Source: Balanoglossus misakiensis (taxonomy: Eukaryota > Animalia > Hemichordata). From it: a stretch of DNA of 64,000 nucleotides. Position numbers and translations under genes: made by a program. The stretch spans positions 1,116,001 through 1,180,000 of the forward strand of contig CM082598.2 in NCBI GenBank assembly GCA_040954595.2. Direction: 5' to 3'. The notes beneath the pieces are model-generated. The model saw only the letters and a program-made list of their open reading frames with translations, had not been told where the DNA came from and did not search any database. This document shows positions 18,688 through 33,600 of the stretch, one piece after another. The first letter of the stretch is position 1. Each line of letters starts with the position of its first letter.

Positions 18688-21600
18688 TCATAATTTAACA
18701 CCACTTTCAGGTACATTACCGCTGGTCAGACTGTGAATCATTTTGGCTATCTGTGTCTGCTTTTCCAGTTCATTTCTCAGTTTATGAATCACTGTGTCTT
18801 TCTCTTTATTTTCCTTCTCTGATATAAGTACCTGGACAACACAACAAGAATAATGCACCAACATTAGCAACTGGACACATCAAAGCTGACCAGTGAGACA
18901 TCGAAGGCCATTCCCCATTGGCCTCCCTTTGAGTTGAAATTCAAAATGGCTGCCTGAGACCACTAGGCTTATGAAAAGGGTGTATAACGCCCCTGTCTTG
19001 TAATCTGGAAATTTCTGGTCAGTTCCACTCACCTGTTGCTTAAATTCTTTCTTCTCTTGCTCACTCCTACTCAAATCCTCTCTCAGTTTCTCGACGGATG
19101 AGTCAGAATTCTCCAATTCTCGAGTCATCTTTCTGATTTCTTTATCTTGCTTGTCGGACTTGTCTTTCAGCTCAGAACATTTTTTTTCTCTGTCCTTCAA
19201 CATTTTGGACAAGTTCTTTCTCTCCTCGTCTAATTTGGCCAGCCTCTCTGTGGCCCTGTTTTAAAAAAAGAGAATTATTGAAATATCGTGAGAATGAAAT
19301 ATTTCATATGTTTCCAAGGCATGCACTACCTTCAATCATTAGTTACCTACGGTCTCGAGTCAGAGTTTCTGAAAAGCCAGACATTCTGAATGCAATTTCA
19401 ACACACATCCAATCTGAACACTTTTACAGTTGTACAACAGATGCACATATACTACACATAATAACCGTACATGGAACTTACACATCATGCTGGTTACTTA
19501 ATGTTTCATTGTGTCTTTGTAACATATCGTAGAGTTCCTGCAAAGATTGGTAATCCTCTTCCTTAGCCTTCAACTTCCTCTCGACTGTATCTAGGCTGTC
19601 AATGGAAAGTTAACAGGCGAAAGTTATAATGAAAGCTAGAGTCGTAGCATTCGATTTGTTTCATTTTTGATGGCTTATCGCTTTCAGTTTCACCCCTATA
19701 GAGGTCCAGCATTACTATTTAGAGGAATGGATTTGGAACAAACTATGGTGGTGATAGGGTTAATTACCTTTTTGTCTGTTCTTGGTGTTGGATTGTCAAT
19801 TTCTCATGTTCCGTAGCAATACCCTGGAGTCTTTGATTGTGAGAGACAAGTTGTTCCAGTTCTGCAGCTGTTCTGCTCTGTTCCAATCTGGCATCGTTCA
19901 GTTTCTCACTGAATTCCTCGTTTCTCTTCTCTGCATCTTGCAAGAGAGAACGCAACTTCCTGGCCTGCACACAGGGAAAGACAGAAAATCCATGAATTTC
20001 TACACATTGTGGGATCTCGCGAGACTTGGTTGATTACCGTAGCAATTGGTTGCTATCCAAGTAATACAAGTCAAGCTTTGTATGAAACTAGGTGCAGAGT
20101 TTTCACTCCCCACCCCCAGTTCCCCTTACAGAGAACCAACTCTACCATAGAAAACAATAGATTTGGACCAAACCATTGTGGTGAAAGGGTTAACTCACCT
20201 CTGCTTCAGACTGGGCTCTCCGACATCTATACTGTGATATCAATCTGTCAGCCTGCGCTAATGCCATAGCTTTGGCTTCCAGTAAATCCTGGAGGTGGCC
20301 CTCTTTAGTCTGACAAGAGAAAAGCAAGTATCAATCATTACGAACTATCTGCAGCTGTATGTACACAACTACCTTGTCATGTAGTAAGGATGATATCTGG
20401 CAAAGAAACTGACTCGGATAGCGAAAGGCTTCATACTCACCGCAAGAGATGCAAGTTTGTGCTCATAAACATCCATTATTTCTGAGGCCTTCATGTCTTT
20501 GATCTGAAATATAATACAAAAGAAAATCATGAGAGAAACTGAAAGCTGCCAGCAAGCTGTCTCAAATCTGAAACATTCCAGGACCCCTTAAACCATTCAC
20601 ACATAATCATTTATGCCAGTATCTGACCTGAGACGTTTCAGAAATGCCTGTGTGTGAACTAAATATTAGATTCTGGGATTTCTATCATGATACACTAACC
20701 TCTAACCCAGTCTGCATTCTGTCAATCAGTGACTGGATGTTACTATCCACTGGATTGCCAGCAGTGCTCTTCACTCCATTCTCTTTCACCAAAGCACTGC
20801 CCGTCTCAAAGTTCAGATGTTTTGTGACGTGACGTCTTGACGGAGACATGGACGGACTGGCCTCAGCGTTCAGTGGTTTCCTCAGAGACTCAAGTTCAAT
20901 CGATTTGCTGGAATTGTTCGCAGCTATAGAATCACCCAGACTGAAAAAGAAGAAGAAATAAAACATTTTTCTCTCAGGGATGTACAGTTAAACCTGTGTA
21001 AGTGATCACTGACCACCTCTATATAGTGGCCATTTTTTTACTGTCCCTCTGCAATTTATATGTGCATTAATTGACATTTATATATTGATGGAACTTTTTG
21101 AGTGAATCCCAATTCATAATATACTTACACTATCACTGAGAAGTCTGGCAATTTGCCAGCAAAACTGATCAGCTGTAGAGCTATCTGAACTTTGACCCTG
21201 GTGTCAGAGGTCAAGGCATAGGCTAAGAAAGGTACCAATCTTCCATCCTGAAAAGAGTACGAAATACTTTAGAAAATTGATGGGAAAACTATACATGATA
21301 TGAGCTGTGCTTGTGGGCCAAATAATGGGCATTTCATCATGCTCTCGAATGTCAAACTATAAACTGCAGTTGACAGATTATTCAGTTTGTCAGGAATATT
21401 CTGGACCAATAACCTCACCTGTAGAGTCATGTGCAAATGTTTGCCAAGTCCAGCCACTTGTTGCTGGAGTTTATTCATCAGTTCTAACATATGCAGCACA
21501 ACATCAACACCAGCATCACTGAAATGAAAAAAAAATCATAGAACTTGAAGTTAGACAACCTATGTGGGTGTTTGGGCTGTGAGTCCTGTACCCTGACCAC

Positions 21601-24600
21601 TGATAGGCCACGATGCCTTCTCACACAAAGACACAATAACATCCAAATCAGCAAATTTGTCACTAGAAATCAGGTTAGATAAGCAGTTGTTTCTTACCTC
21701 CATTCGGTGACAGAACTTGCCCTTCCTGTTGACAAACCGACACTGTTGTGGTTGAGTTGATGTTCAAGAATACTGACACACATCTTGAGATTGAAACACT
21801 GAGAGACGTTGGATCTCAGAGAATCTTCACTGGCAAGCAGTTCTTCAGTCAAGGAAACTAAACCTCTTAATTTCACGACATTGGAGGGTAGTGATACACT
21901 TCTGAACTAGAAATCTGCAGGCAACGTTTTTTTTCAATGATACACAGCAAAAGAATCATCAATTTTGGAACTGTTGCCTGTGAGGGCAATAGGTCAAAAT
22001 TGGAATTTCCTGGAAGACAAAAGCCCAATAAATGTTTTCTCAAAGACCTGTTAGTCTCCTAAAAACAGACCATTCATGAATGAATGTCATTTTGAAAGGA
22101 TATCTTGGAAAAGATCTACTGTCTTGACGATTTTCTGACAGCAATGTTTGATAGCTCTGTCTTCAGTCTCATTTGGTGGGAGTAGCTGTTCTGATAACAC
22201 AGGAAGCAATAAATCTGTTCTTGGGGACAGCTGTGAAGTCAGACCGGAGTCAAACATTTCCTAGATGGGAAGAAAGAACAGTGTAAATTTCTTTGTTGTA
22301 TTTGAGGTGCAAAATTTCACCTAGAGTGTGGCATTACGAGATACTAACCTCGTATACTTCTTTCAGGAAATCCAACGCCAACAAGGGTACATTGTCACAG
22401 GTATTGTAGGACTGACTGATGTAGTGTAAGATGGCGTAGAACGGTTCTGTAGTATTGGCCTGTATCATCTGTTGAGGCACTGCTCCATCACTACTTTGAA
22501 GTACTGGGGATGACATCAATGTCTGACAGACTGTGCATCGGAGACTGCTAGACGAGCAGAAAGCCAACAGCAGCTCAAATATCTGTGAACGGAAAAAGTA
22601 TTTTTGTGCGTTGAATGTCACATCAGCTGCATTTATGTGAATGATATTTATGACAAGGAGGATGGTAAAGCAAACAATAAACAGGGAACTCCTCATGCTG
22701 GTTGGTGATGATCAGACCCAACCAGCACTCAAGTGGAAAAGCTAGCAAACAAAGGCTGCTACTAGGCACTGTAGACTTTGTATTCTTCACATGTGTTCTC
22801 ACCTTAGCAATAGTTTCTGGCTGGCTATTCCGAGGCTGGCAGAGAAGATTCAACACTGCTTGTATTCCACTGGACAAATGCCCAAACCTGCAGCCAAACA
22901 AAAATGTTAGATTAAAAAACACTCAACACATTAAGTCTATGAAAATACCTTGATGTCTACTTGTGACTAAAAATTACAACACTACATGCAAAGGTATAGG
23001 GCTGATTACTACATATACAAGATATGAAAACTATTGAAGTGCATCTAAGACAATTACTTACACTAACAAGGATTGTTGTATTTTGGGACTTTTGATCAAA
23101 GATACAAACAAGTCCACCACATATCCCCTTGTGGTGACATCATCTCCTTGTATCAAGATATTGAAGATCAACTGAAATGTCTGGTTCACATTCTTTGGCT
23201 GGAAAAGCTGGAACAAAAATAGAGGGGAAAAACTTTGTAAAGGGATAAATGATTGCTGAAAATAAATCAATGCTGTATTAAGATCGCTGAGAGTAATGAT
23301 GACATCACAACTTACACAACACAGCACAGAAAATGATGACACAACACAATATGTGGCCTACCTTGTCACCAAGTTCTTCATTGAGACACAGACTTGTAAT
23401 AATGGACAACGCAAAGACCACCATAGTAAGATTACTATGAGATAAATACTGAATCAGTGATTTGTACACAGCCTTTACATTGTCCTACAAAAGAGAAAAA
23501 AATATGTTAGAAATATTCTCTCCAATTCCATTTAATATTCTGACGATAAACTAGCTATAGTTGTTATTATTTGTATGAGCTCGTACTAGCGGTGAAAGGG
23601 TTAACTCAAATATGAAGTGTAGGCCACAGTACAGTCACTCCACACTTACCATAGATTTGATGTGAGTCTGTATAGATACATTGTTTCGACAGAAATTGGC
23701 CAGCAAACCCAAGCATGGTAGAGTGATTTCATTCTCTGTGCCTTGACTGGAAAACAAAGAAGAAAGTGAAATTTGTGACATATTTCTAATGAAAATTAAT
23801 CAAATCAATGATCCACCTAGTTTACATGTCTGAAATCATACACATACACTGTATACTTACATGTGTGAGATTAAAAATTTAAATATTTCATCAGCATATG
23901 AACTTGGGTAAGGAATTCGGCAATTGTAAGTCAACCTCTGCAGAAGCTGTATGCACTGTTGGTGAAGAATAGTACAGAAAGATCTGGTGATCAATTATTT
24001 ATACAACAATAATGAAAAAGTGCATATAAGCGAAGTACAAAATAAAACATATTCACATATGTCCAGTGAATAGACATTCTGAGAACGCTTTTATTAACTT
24101 ACCTTCAGTACGATCCTGTCTGTAGGGGATTTACTGTATTGTAACAAAATATGAGCAACTGTAGGTGTCAGATGATAGCTTGATTGGAGAGTGTCTTTTA
24201 TATCGATGTCAACGGCTATGAAGTAAAAAACAACAATAATACCAAGTAAGCAGGAGTTTCCCTAAATATATTGAAAAACTGCAGTATTGATATCACAAAA
24301 AGATACCACGCATATTCTCTTACCTAAGTTTTGTAACACCGTGAGAACTTTAAACTGTAACTCCTTTGGACTGGACAGTTCATTGAGAATATCCATCAGA
24401 CTTGTCAAACACTCTGTAGGCAAGATCTGCTTTGGGGAGAAAAAATTTAACGATCTTCCCGGACCAGTCAGGTTGCTCAGACTCTGTTGTAGACAAACAA
24501 TATAATATTACAGCCATTACTTTTTCCAAGAGCAACTTTGCTACTTTACAAATAAAAAAAACCAAAGGAATCCATTCTACTTACGTCAAGCTGTCTTTCC

Positions 24601-24686
24601 AGGTTGATCAAGTTGTTTTCGTTATTGTTGTTACCATACTGATTAGATGCCAACACCACCGTCTTCAACAGGCCGTTTGGGTCCAT
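18688..24686 (-). CDS. CIP2A: Cancerous inhibitor of PP2A (KIAA1524), multi-exon ARM plus coiled-coil protein
   Basis: Start [17 protein letters not shown] (ATG 24684-24686); armadillo-like exons; [13 protein letters not shown]; C-terminal coiled coil ending [12 protein letters not shown]...*, as recalled for CIP2A. Confidence 0.85.
19688..20193. mobile_element. Two TTAA/CCCTTTCACC MITE copies (19688-19763, 20100-20193) abutting CIP2A splice donors
   Basis: Minus strand reads AG|GTAATTAACCCTATCACC and AG|GTGAGTTAACCCTTTCACC. Confidence 0.8.
20983..21085. mobile_element. Left part of a TA/CAGT MITE (family of 62323-62484)
   Basis: TACAGTTAAACCTGTGT...CACCTCTATATAGTGG...GTCCCT...GTGCATTAATT; shorter ends also at ~47726 and ~53626. 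Confidence 0.7.
21840..22103 (-). other. U12-type AT-AC intron in CIP2A
   Basis: Donor G|ATATCCTTT, branch point TTCCTTGAC (21848-21856), acceptor GAAGAAC|TG; joins ...DLFQ-V-LASEDSL in frame. Confidence 0.9.
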
Positions 24687-24994
24687 TGTTGCCTGGTTCT
24701 ATCCTGGTAAGCAGATATTCCAAAGTGATCGAGCTACAGTAGTGTAGTGTTGCAATCAACAAGGCTGAGCCACAACAACAATGTATTGTATATTGAAATT
24801 GAACAAGTGAAGCTTCAGGTATGCACAAATTGTCCTGGCTGATGAAAATGGGATTTATATTACGCTCGACGATGCCAGCAATATGTCTTCACATTCTGAT
24901 CTAAGCTCGGTAATCTTAGTCGGTGTGCTTGCCTTGACGACGCGGAAGTTTAACTTGTCAACAACTCAAGAATGTTTCTACGACTTTGAAACGA

Positions 24995-25422
24995 CCGCCA
25001 TTTTGAAAATTCCGCAATAATAGTTATGCGCATGCCCAAGTGAAATCTTTAGACATATTTTGAAAACTTTGGGGATTAATGTGTATTAAACTGAATAAAC
25101 GAATAAATTACTTATTAAATGGGTTAATTTTGTCGAATTCAGACAAATATGAAGACAAACCCAATTCGCGAGGTTGTGTCCTGCGAGTAAATGGTGTACG
25201 CCCTCTACGACAAAAGGCATATCTTAACGACCAAAACTGCATTTGCTTGTTTTAATTATTTAAGTAATAAAATGGGCATTTGGTCTACTACTAAGGCAAC
25301 TGCAAGGACAAGAATCTTCACTGTTTTGCTTGAACTTGTCTAACAACCGTATTTATTCTGTTAGAAATATGTTCGCGTTTGAAGATGATTGGTGTGACCT
25401 CTGACCCCATCCAATATGGCGG
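24995..25422. promoter_or_regulatory. Bidirectional CIP2A/TMEM183 promoter
   Basis: Outward-facing YY1-like motifs (CAAAATGGCGG on minus at 24995-25005; CCAATATGGCGG on plus at 25411-25422) and an NRF1-like TGCGCATGC near 25027. Confidence 0.55.
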
Positions 25423-25532
25423 CGGACGTTCAGGTATATCTTCATTTATACAGTGTAACTTGTTACTGTCTTATTATTCAGTAAAATGGCAAGCCTGAAC
25501 GCAAATCTTCCAACGACAGAGTTGAGAGAAAA

Positions 25533-27253
25533 ATGCCTAAGAGGTATCGGAAGGGAAGAGGGAAAGGGAGTCGGAATAGGTTAGCAATCAACGACCAAAC
25601 CGGTGAGTGTTGGAAAATGTATATTGCGAAAGTGCTGATTTCGTAAGCCTGCGCCTGTCAATAGTAGATGCGTTGTATGCTACTTGAACTTCCCTACCTA
25701 GCTAGTATCTTGTACTCACTGCTATGGCATACATTATAGTCTATTTTACCAGCTGAATTAATTATATTTTTTCCATAGATGTCACAGTGAATGATTTTGC
25801 CAATGCCAACATTAATCAGGTAAAAACTGGTAGACGGTCCAAGGCAACCACAAATGCAATGCTAAAGGAAGGTAAGTTTTGATAAAGAGCACATGAATAT
25901 CTTATTTTTGTTTGATATAAAGTACAATGTATTTTGAAAGTGAAACAGTTTGAAAAAAGCCAGACTGGTCTCTAATTATTTGTTTTGCACTTCCATGTAA
26001 ATTTCAGTCAAAAGTCTGTGTGGACCTGTTTTGGAGGAGAACACCAGCACTGCTATGGAGGATGATCTAGCTTGGTACGACAAAGACTTCTCTGATGATG
26101 ATTGTCGTTGTACAGATGAAAATGAAAATGAATTAGAAAGCAGCAAGCTGACCAAAACAGGTAATTAAAATGATACATTCATTCTCATGTGGTATGCAGA
26201 TTAGACAGTCTTACTTACTTTGTGCTAGAAATGTACGTTTGTGATCAGTCATCTACATATATACACCATTTCACCCATCATGATCTGATACAAAACAGTT
26301 AACTTGAATAGCAAATTTTGTTTCATCTTGACAGTGACAGTGAGAAGGCGGCAGAAGAGGAAATCGCAAGATGTCAACTGCGTTCCAAACAACGAAGGTC
26401 GAGAATATCCAATTGATGTTTGGTACCTTGTGTCTCGCTTCATCACCCCGGAAGATGTTGGACGTTTCGCCGGCATCAATCGTGCAACTTTCCACGTTAC
26501 GAACACCATGCAGTTCTGGATGAAGCTCTATCACAGGTGAGATTGAAATCCTATATGTTGCGGCATCACACAGTTTGGACCTACAAACAAACAAAAGCTG
26601 AATGTTAATAATAGGAAAGTATTTCCACTGGTTACCAGACTCCAAGAGAATTTACAGATATATATTTTGTTTTGCTTCGAAGGTATTATCGACCAGGTTG
26701 CCCGTTAACTGTGTTTTTGCAACCCAATGCCATAGAGAGAACGCTGAAGCTAAGAGCCAATGTCATCCGTGCGCTTTTCATCATGTACAAACCGTTCCAC
26801 AGCCGAACGCAAAGCACTCTACCCATGGAGTCTATAACACCACATTGTTTGGTAAACACTCAATGTCTCTTCACGTGGACAAAGCAGCGCGCGGGTGGAC
26901 TCTGGTACTTCTTTTTCAAATTCCGAGTTCCGGATCTGGATCACCGACTGGAGAAGAACTGTATCATTCCGTACAAGGAGGACATCTGGAACAACCCGGA
27001 AGACACCTGCTGTGTCCTCAGTGTCTCCTGTTCCAACTTCATCCGGATCCCGGTCGTCATGGGAATGCTTCTGACCAAAGTGTACCTCAACGTCAGCCGG
27101 GACATGAAACATTTCAATTTGAAGCTGATATTTCACACTGCTCAGGACAGAGGTCATTACCATAGTAACAGTGGTGTGACTGTGACCCTTGACCCGATTA
27201 CAAACGCCAGGATTCTACATTGGTGGCACCCACATTACCCAGGAAATGCTTGA
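25533..27253 (+). CDS. TMEM183: TMEM183-family protein; exons about 25533-25602, 25779-25871, 26008-26161, 26335-26537, 26683-27253
   Basis: DVTVNDFAN, YPIDVWYLVSRFITPEDVGRFAGI, LRANVIRALF and C-terminal LHWWHPHYP motifs. Confidence 0.88.
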
Positions 27254-28461
27254 AAACATATTTACAGTTCCTGCCACGAACATGTAACTCTGAAATTAGG
27301 TTTTGCCTTTAAAAAATTAAATGTTCTAAAACAAAGTACATCAGGAAATTCAGAACATGGGCTGAGTCGGGATGATTGATGTAGTAAAGATGAAAATAAA
27401 CATTTTATGGAGTGAAGTTTTTCATTGTCAGGGTAATGTGTTTTGATTAAATTTTCCATCTACATTATTGTACATTACATGTTTCTTTAGTATTCTGTGA
27501 CATTATTTACAGCATAGGTCCTGTCATATAAATTAAATCAAAAAGCAATCATCAATAAAGGGAATTATGGAAACTTTGATTTGATCCTCGACTGTCATTT
27601 CACATCTTTATTTTTGCCACTGTCGCTTATCAGAATGTCAACTTGCTCTTTCGTGTATCTTTGTTTTGGACATTATAAAATATTACTGGTCATCACGGCA
27701 ATGTGTGGGAGTCAATGCGATAAAACAAACACGAAAGTCAAACTCGCACTAGTTTTCTGTCCAGCGCCTGTGTAATATACGCGGGACGTGACCTTAGGGT
27801 TCACTTCCTGTTTTATGACTCCCTAGCTAGGTTCAAATTTAGTTAAAAGCAGAGCCCACGGTTACAGAAGTGGACGGACGCGGACGGACACGGGTAGACC
27901 CCCACTAGCACTTAGCAGACGAAAAGGTTTGTTCACCCTTTATAGAACAACTTTCATTTGCGCCTCTTAGACTTCCGTACTTCTTTATCATATTATAACA
28001 GTCGAGGGTGATGCCTATAAAGCTATCAATCAGAAAATGTTTTTCTATCATCTTTGACTATGTGACGTGAGTGTATAAATCTTTGCCCATACTGCAGCCA
28101 GTTGATACTGAGGTCTGCTTCAAGTTCTCAGTGCTCTGAAGTTTTAGAGTGGGACGGGTCGTATTGATAAAATATAGTTTTAAAAATCGATCTAAAGGCT
28201 CCTTCTTTACCTTGACTTGGTTCTTTGCTGTTTTCTTCTGTTGCTTTGAAGTGTCGGGCTGATTTTTACAGTAATTTTACGTTGTCTTCATCTCCATCTC
28301 CCATCCATGCGGCGGAACGCCTTGAGAAGAGCGCAGCCAGCGGTGAGTTTACGACCAGGGATCTTTACTAAATTTCCATCTGCTAGGGAGTCAGAAATAT
28401 ACAGGAAGTGGATTTCGATTGTTACTCTAACCTCAACTGAACCTCACCTCAACTGAAAGCG

Positions 28462-29754
<1,293 letters not shown>

Positions 29755-30676
29755 CAATCTGACTCAAAATTTCTCAGGTTTTTTTTTGTTCAGGGTTCGT
29801 GAATTTCTTGGAAAAATGATACTGGCTCCTGGAAAGCCGATGTAGTCATCATTGCCATAAAATATCAGTTATTGTGAAACTTTCTGGTGACATGCAAGGT
29901 TGCTTATACAGTCTAACACAATTACTGTACAAGAGAAGATTGGTGACCTCAAGGAATTCTTGAACATTGCAGGAAAACTGCTCAATGTCCTGAAAGTTGA
30001 ATAACCTTTGGGTTTTTGAACCCTGTGACAGACAAAATGAAATGTACTTTACTTGGATAAAGTCACAGTACTTTCAATTTTGTATTTGAAGCAGCAACAT
30101 AGATTATGAAAGTTTTGTTTTTTAGCCATCACTTCCATTGAAGGCAACTTGCAGCTTTTAAAGTTGGCCTTCAGCTGAAACAATGTAAGAGTCATTGGGA
30201 ATTGTTTGAATAAAATCACTAACTTTTCAGAATATTTCCTGTGTTATTTATTGTTTTTCTATTCAAGAAATGATAACGTCTGTAAAAGGGTACACAGAAA
30301 AAAAAATATAACTAAAACAACAATGCCAAACTTGTCAAATCCCTCAAGGCATATTTGGCCAAGAGGGGTAAGACATTTGTGCAAGGCAAAATAAATCTAC
30401 CACTACAGGGCATAGAACCCATTGCAAAGGAAATTTCACTGGTTGTATTCCCGATACAGACTTCTCACAAATTCTACTTTTCATCTGGAGACACTCATAA
30501 AATTCAGAAGGATCAAATCAATATTGAAAAATAAAAAAAGATAATTCTTTAAAATTGTACTTGCTTGGTCAGAATCTGGACAAATCTTTGCATGGTTACC
30601 ACCAGTATTTGGCAGAAAGCCTGTCTCTGCAACAGAAATGTGATAACACGAGAGTTCAAAGGTCAAGTTCACTGGG

Positions 30677-33600
30677 CTATTTCACTCGCTTTTGTTGTCT
30701 GCTTCTATAGATGTCGTGCACTGGTGCTTGAATCACATTATCTTCGTCATCAGAATCTTCAGCTCCAAATAAACCTTCTCTTTTCCTTTTCTTGAGATCT
30801 GATTCACCTGGTATGTCTTTTTCGGCAGTGAGACCATTTTCTGTGGGTTCCTCCACTGGGCAAACTGATCAAAACAACAACAAGATGATTTAATAAGATA
30901 TAAATGCAGAAGGAAGTGAATTGATGTATGAAATTTTGCAAAGGACAGCATAGATTGGTGACCTTCTTAGAGCATAACATGAAATTGCATTTTCTTACCC
31001 TCTGGTATTTGACAGTCTGCTAGAGACTGTAGTAAATCATCCACTTTGACAAATGGACCCTGAAATGTCACAAAAGATTCAAATAATGGTAAATACATAT
31101 TTGGCAAATTAAAAGATATTACATTTCTGTACATGCTATACAATGAGGGTTGTAATCCCAATACAGATGGTGTGTTCGAATGTCCGTGAAAAGCATTGAG
31201 CGACGGATGTGTAGTGCAGTGTATGGTCATGGCTTAAGTGCCCTAGGTATGAAACTAAAATCAGACAATACCTGAAAGCATATTGGGGGTGGCAGCTGTG
31301 TGAGAACTTGTGATGCAACAGGAGGAAGAGGGAAAACACCACCCGGAACAGGATGCGATCCAACAGCTGTGTGGAAAAAAAAAGGCAATAATTATTATCA
31401 TGTTTCATGTCATCTGAAAGATCATGATCTAAGGGAAGGGGATGAGTCTAGACCAAGTGTAGCCAACAAGAACTGTATCTGTAAGGTATTTCATGACCTA
31501 TTTCATGAACTAGCACAGTGACCCTAAATTTGATCACAGATTTTGAAACCTTTAACAAGGGACAATAGAAAAATCTGGAAGGGAAAGAAATAATCCTTTC
31601 AGATTTACAAGTTGTACATTTTTAATAGTACATTCTTATCAAATGTGTACTGTCTTTAAAATGAACAAACTAGAGTCATCCAAACACTTACGTGGAAACT
31701 GTCTTGGTTTGAATGGAATCATTTGATTGAGATCCGGTTTGGGATATTCCGGTTTCTGTTCCGTCTCTTCCTCAGTTGTTAAGTTTTCCTGGTTGGACTG
31801 GACTGGCGTGGTCGTTGTAGGTAACGGCAACGTTGGTGTATACATGTACTTCTTAGACAGGTCCTACAATCAAATATAAAATAGTATTATACACCTGTTA
31901 TCTGCTGTACAATACATTTCCGTACATGTACAGTATACATGGTATGCCAAATGTTTCAGCGCAAACAGCGTTGTATGATGAGTACTGGTACTAACAATGA
32001 TCATGGTTGACTTACCTTGTAGACAAGTGCTCTCAATTCCCCAACAGAACATGGATACAGATCCAGGTATCTATACCTATCAACTAGCAAAGTTGTCTCC
32101 CTTTCTTCAAATTCCTGAGAGGAAGGAAAACAGATCAGCTCTCAATCACATCAATAAATATTTCTCTGTGTATAATAGACCATATTTCAGAGTAAGTTGA
32201 TGGGACTGATAACCCCCTCACTCCAACTACAGAAGAGAATGATTACACAGAGAAGAAATCTAGCTTTTGGACAAGCTTATACTATGTAATTCTCACCTCT
32301 TTAAAAACTTGCTGTCTCCTTTTTTCTACTTTTAAAATACTGGATAAATCCCCACACGTGGATTCAAAGTCTTGAAATTTCAGCCAAATCTCTCTGGAAG
32401 GAGAAAGAGCAAATGGTATCATCAACTTTTGATTTGGATCAAACCATAGTGGTGAAAGGGTTAATATGAAACACAAAGTTTGAAACTTACCCTGATTTCT
32501 CTGGGGGAAGATTCCCGGACGTCAAAACTCTTTCAAATAAAACCCTGGTGTTGTTGTCCTCTGTAAGAAAAGAAGTAACAAATGTAACCTGATTATAACC
32601 AGAAACAGTCATTAATTCATTCATGCTTGTAAATCAGATGTTGCTTTAATAAACAAACAATCTAAAATCATCTTTTGACTTTCAAGTTTTTTCTCACCAT
32701 TTAGATGTGACAGATAGTCAACATAGGACAGGATATAATCTGGGATGTCACCATATTTCTTCAGTCCCAATTCAAAGATCTTGAAGGCCACACTTTTGTC
32801 CTGTGAGGAAAGAATGCAGTTTGTTTTAAAGGTGCACAGTCACCAAAAAACTTGCAAATATCCATTTGTAAGATCAATCTACACTTTGATCAGATCATGT
32901 CTTCTCAATCCATGATTCACACTCTGAGATTGACAATAGTGTGGTTGAGATATTTCTCAAATCCAAAATTTGCCTCACCTTGCTGCAATAATACTCCATC
33001 AAAGCTGCAGCGATGAACACATGGTATTTTGTCCGCACATCTTCTCTCGCTTTCTTGAAGACCAATCTGGCCGATTTGATTCCTTCTGCGCGTCTCGCGA
33101 ATTTCATGTACTGAATGTAAACCTGTGTTGTCAAATAAATTATCCAATGCAGTCAAATGTTTCGTATTAAGCTGGCAGTACATTCTGGACAAATAGCCGT
33201 AAGTCACAGCTCATGGAAACCTGTTCACCCCCATTTCAATCTGTAGAGGTCCAGCTTTATCATAGAAAACACATCATTCGAGCCAAGCCATTATGGTGAA
33301 AGGGGTTCAGACTTACCAATGTTGGATCAATGTCCTCTATGGCAGCTAGTTTTTGATATATACTGTGAGCTTTCTGGAATTTCATACGACTCTGAAAAAG
33401 TAAAAAATCAGCATATCAGAAAGTGATTCATAATATTCTTTGCGGCCATGATATGGGTTTCGCTGACTGAGCAGTACAAGGACTATAAATGTGTTATCAT
33501 AAACCTTTATGGAATCCTAAATTTGCTGTTAAAATTAATAATTTGAAAGTTTCAAATAACACCATAAACTCACCTCTTCAAAATCAGCATAAGCAAAGTA

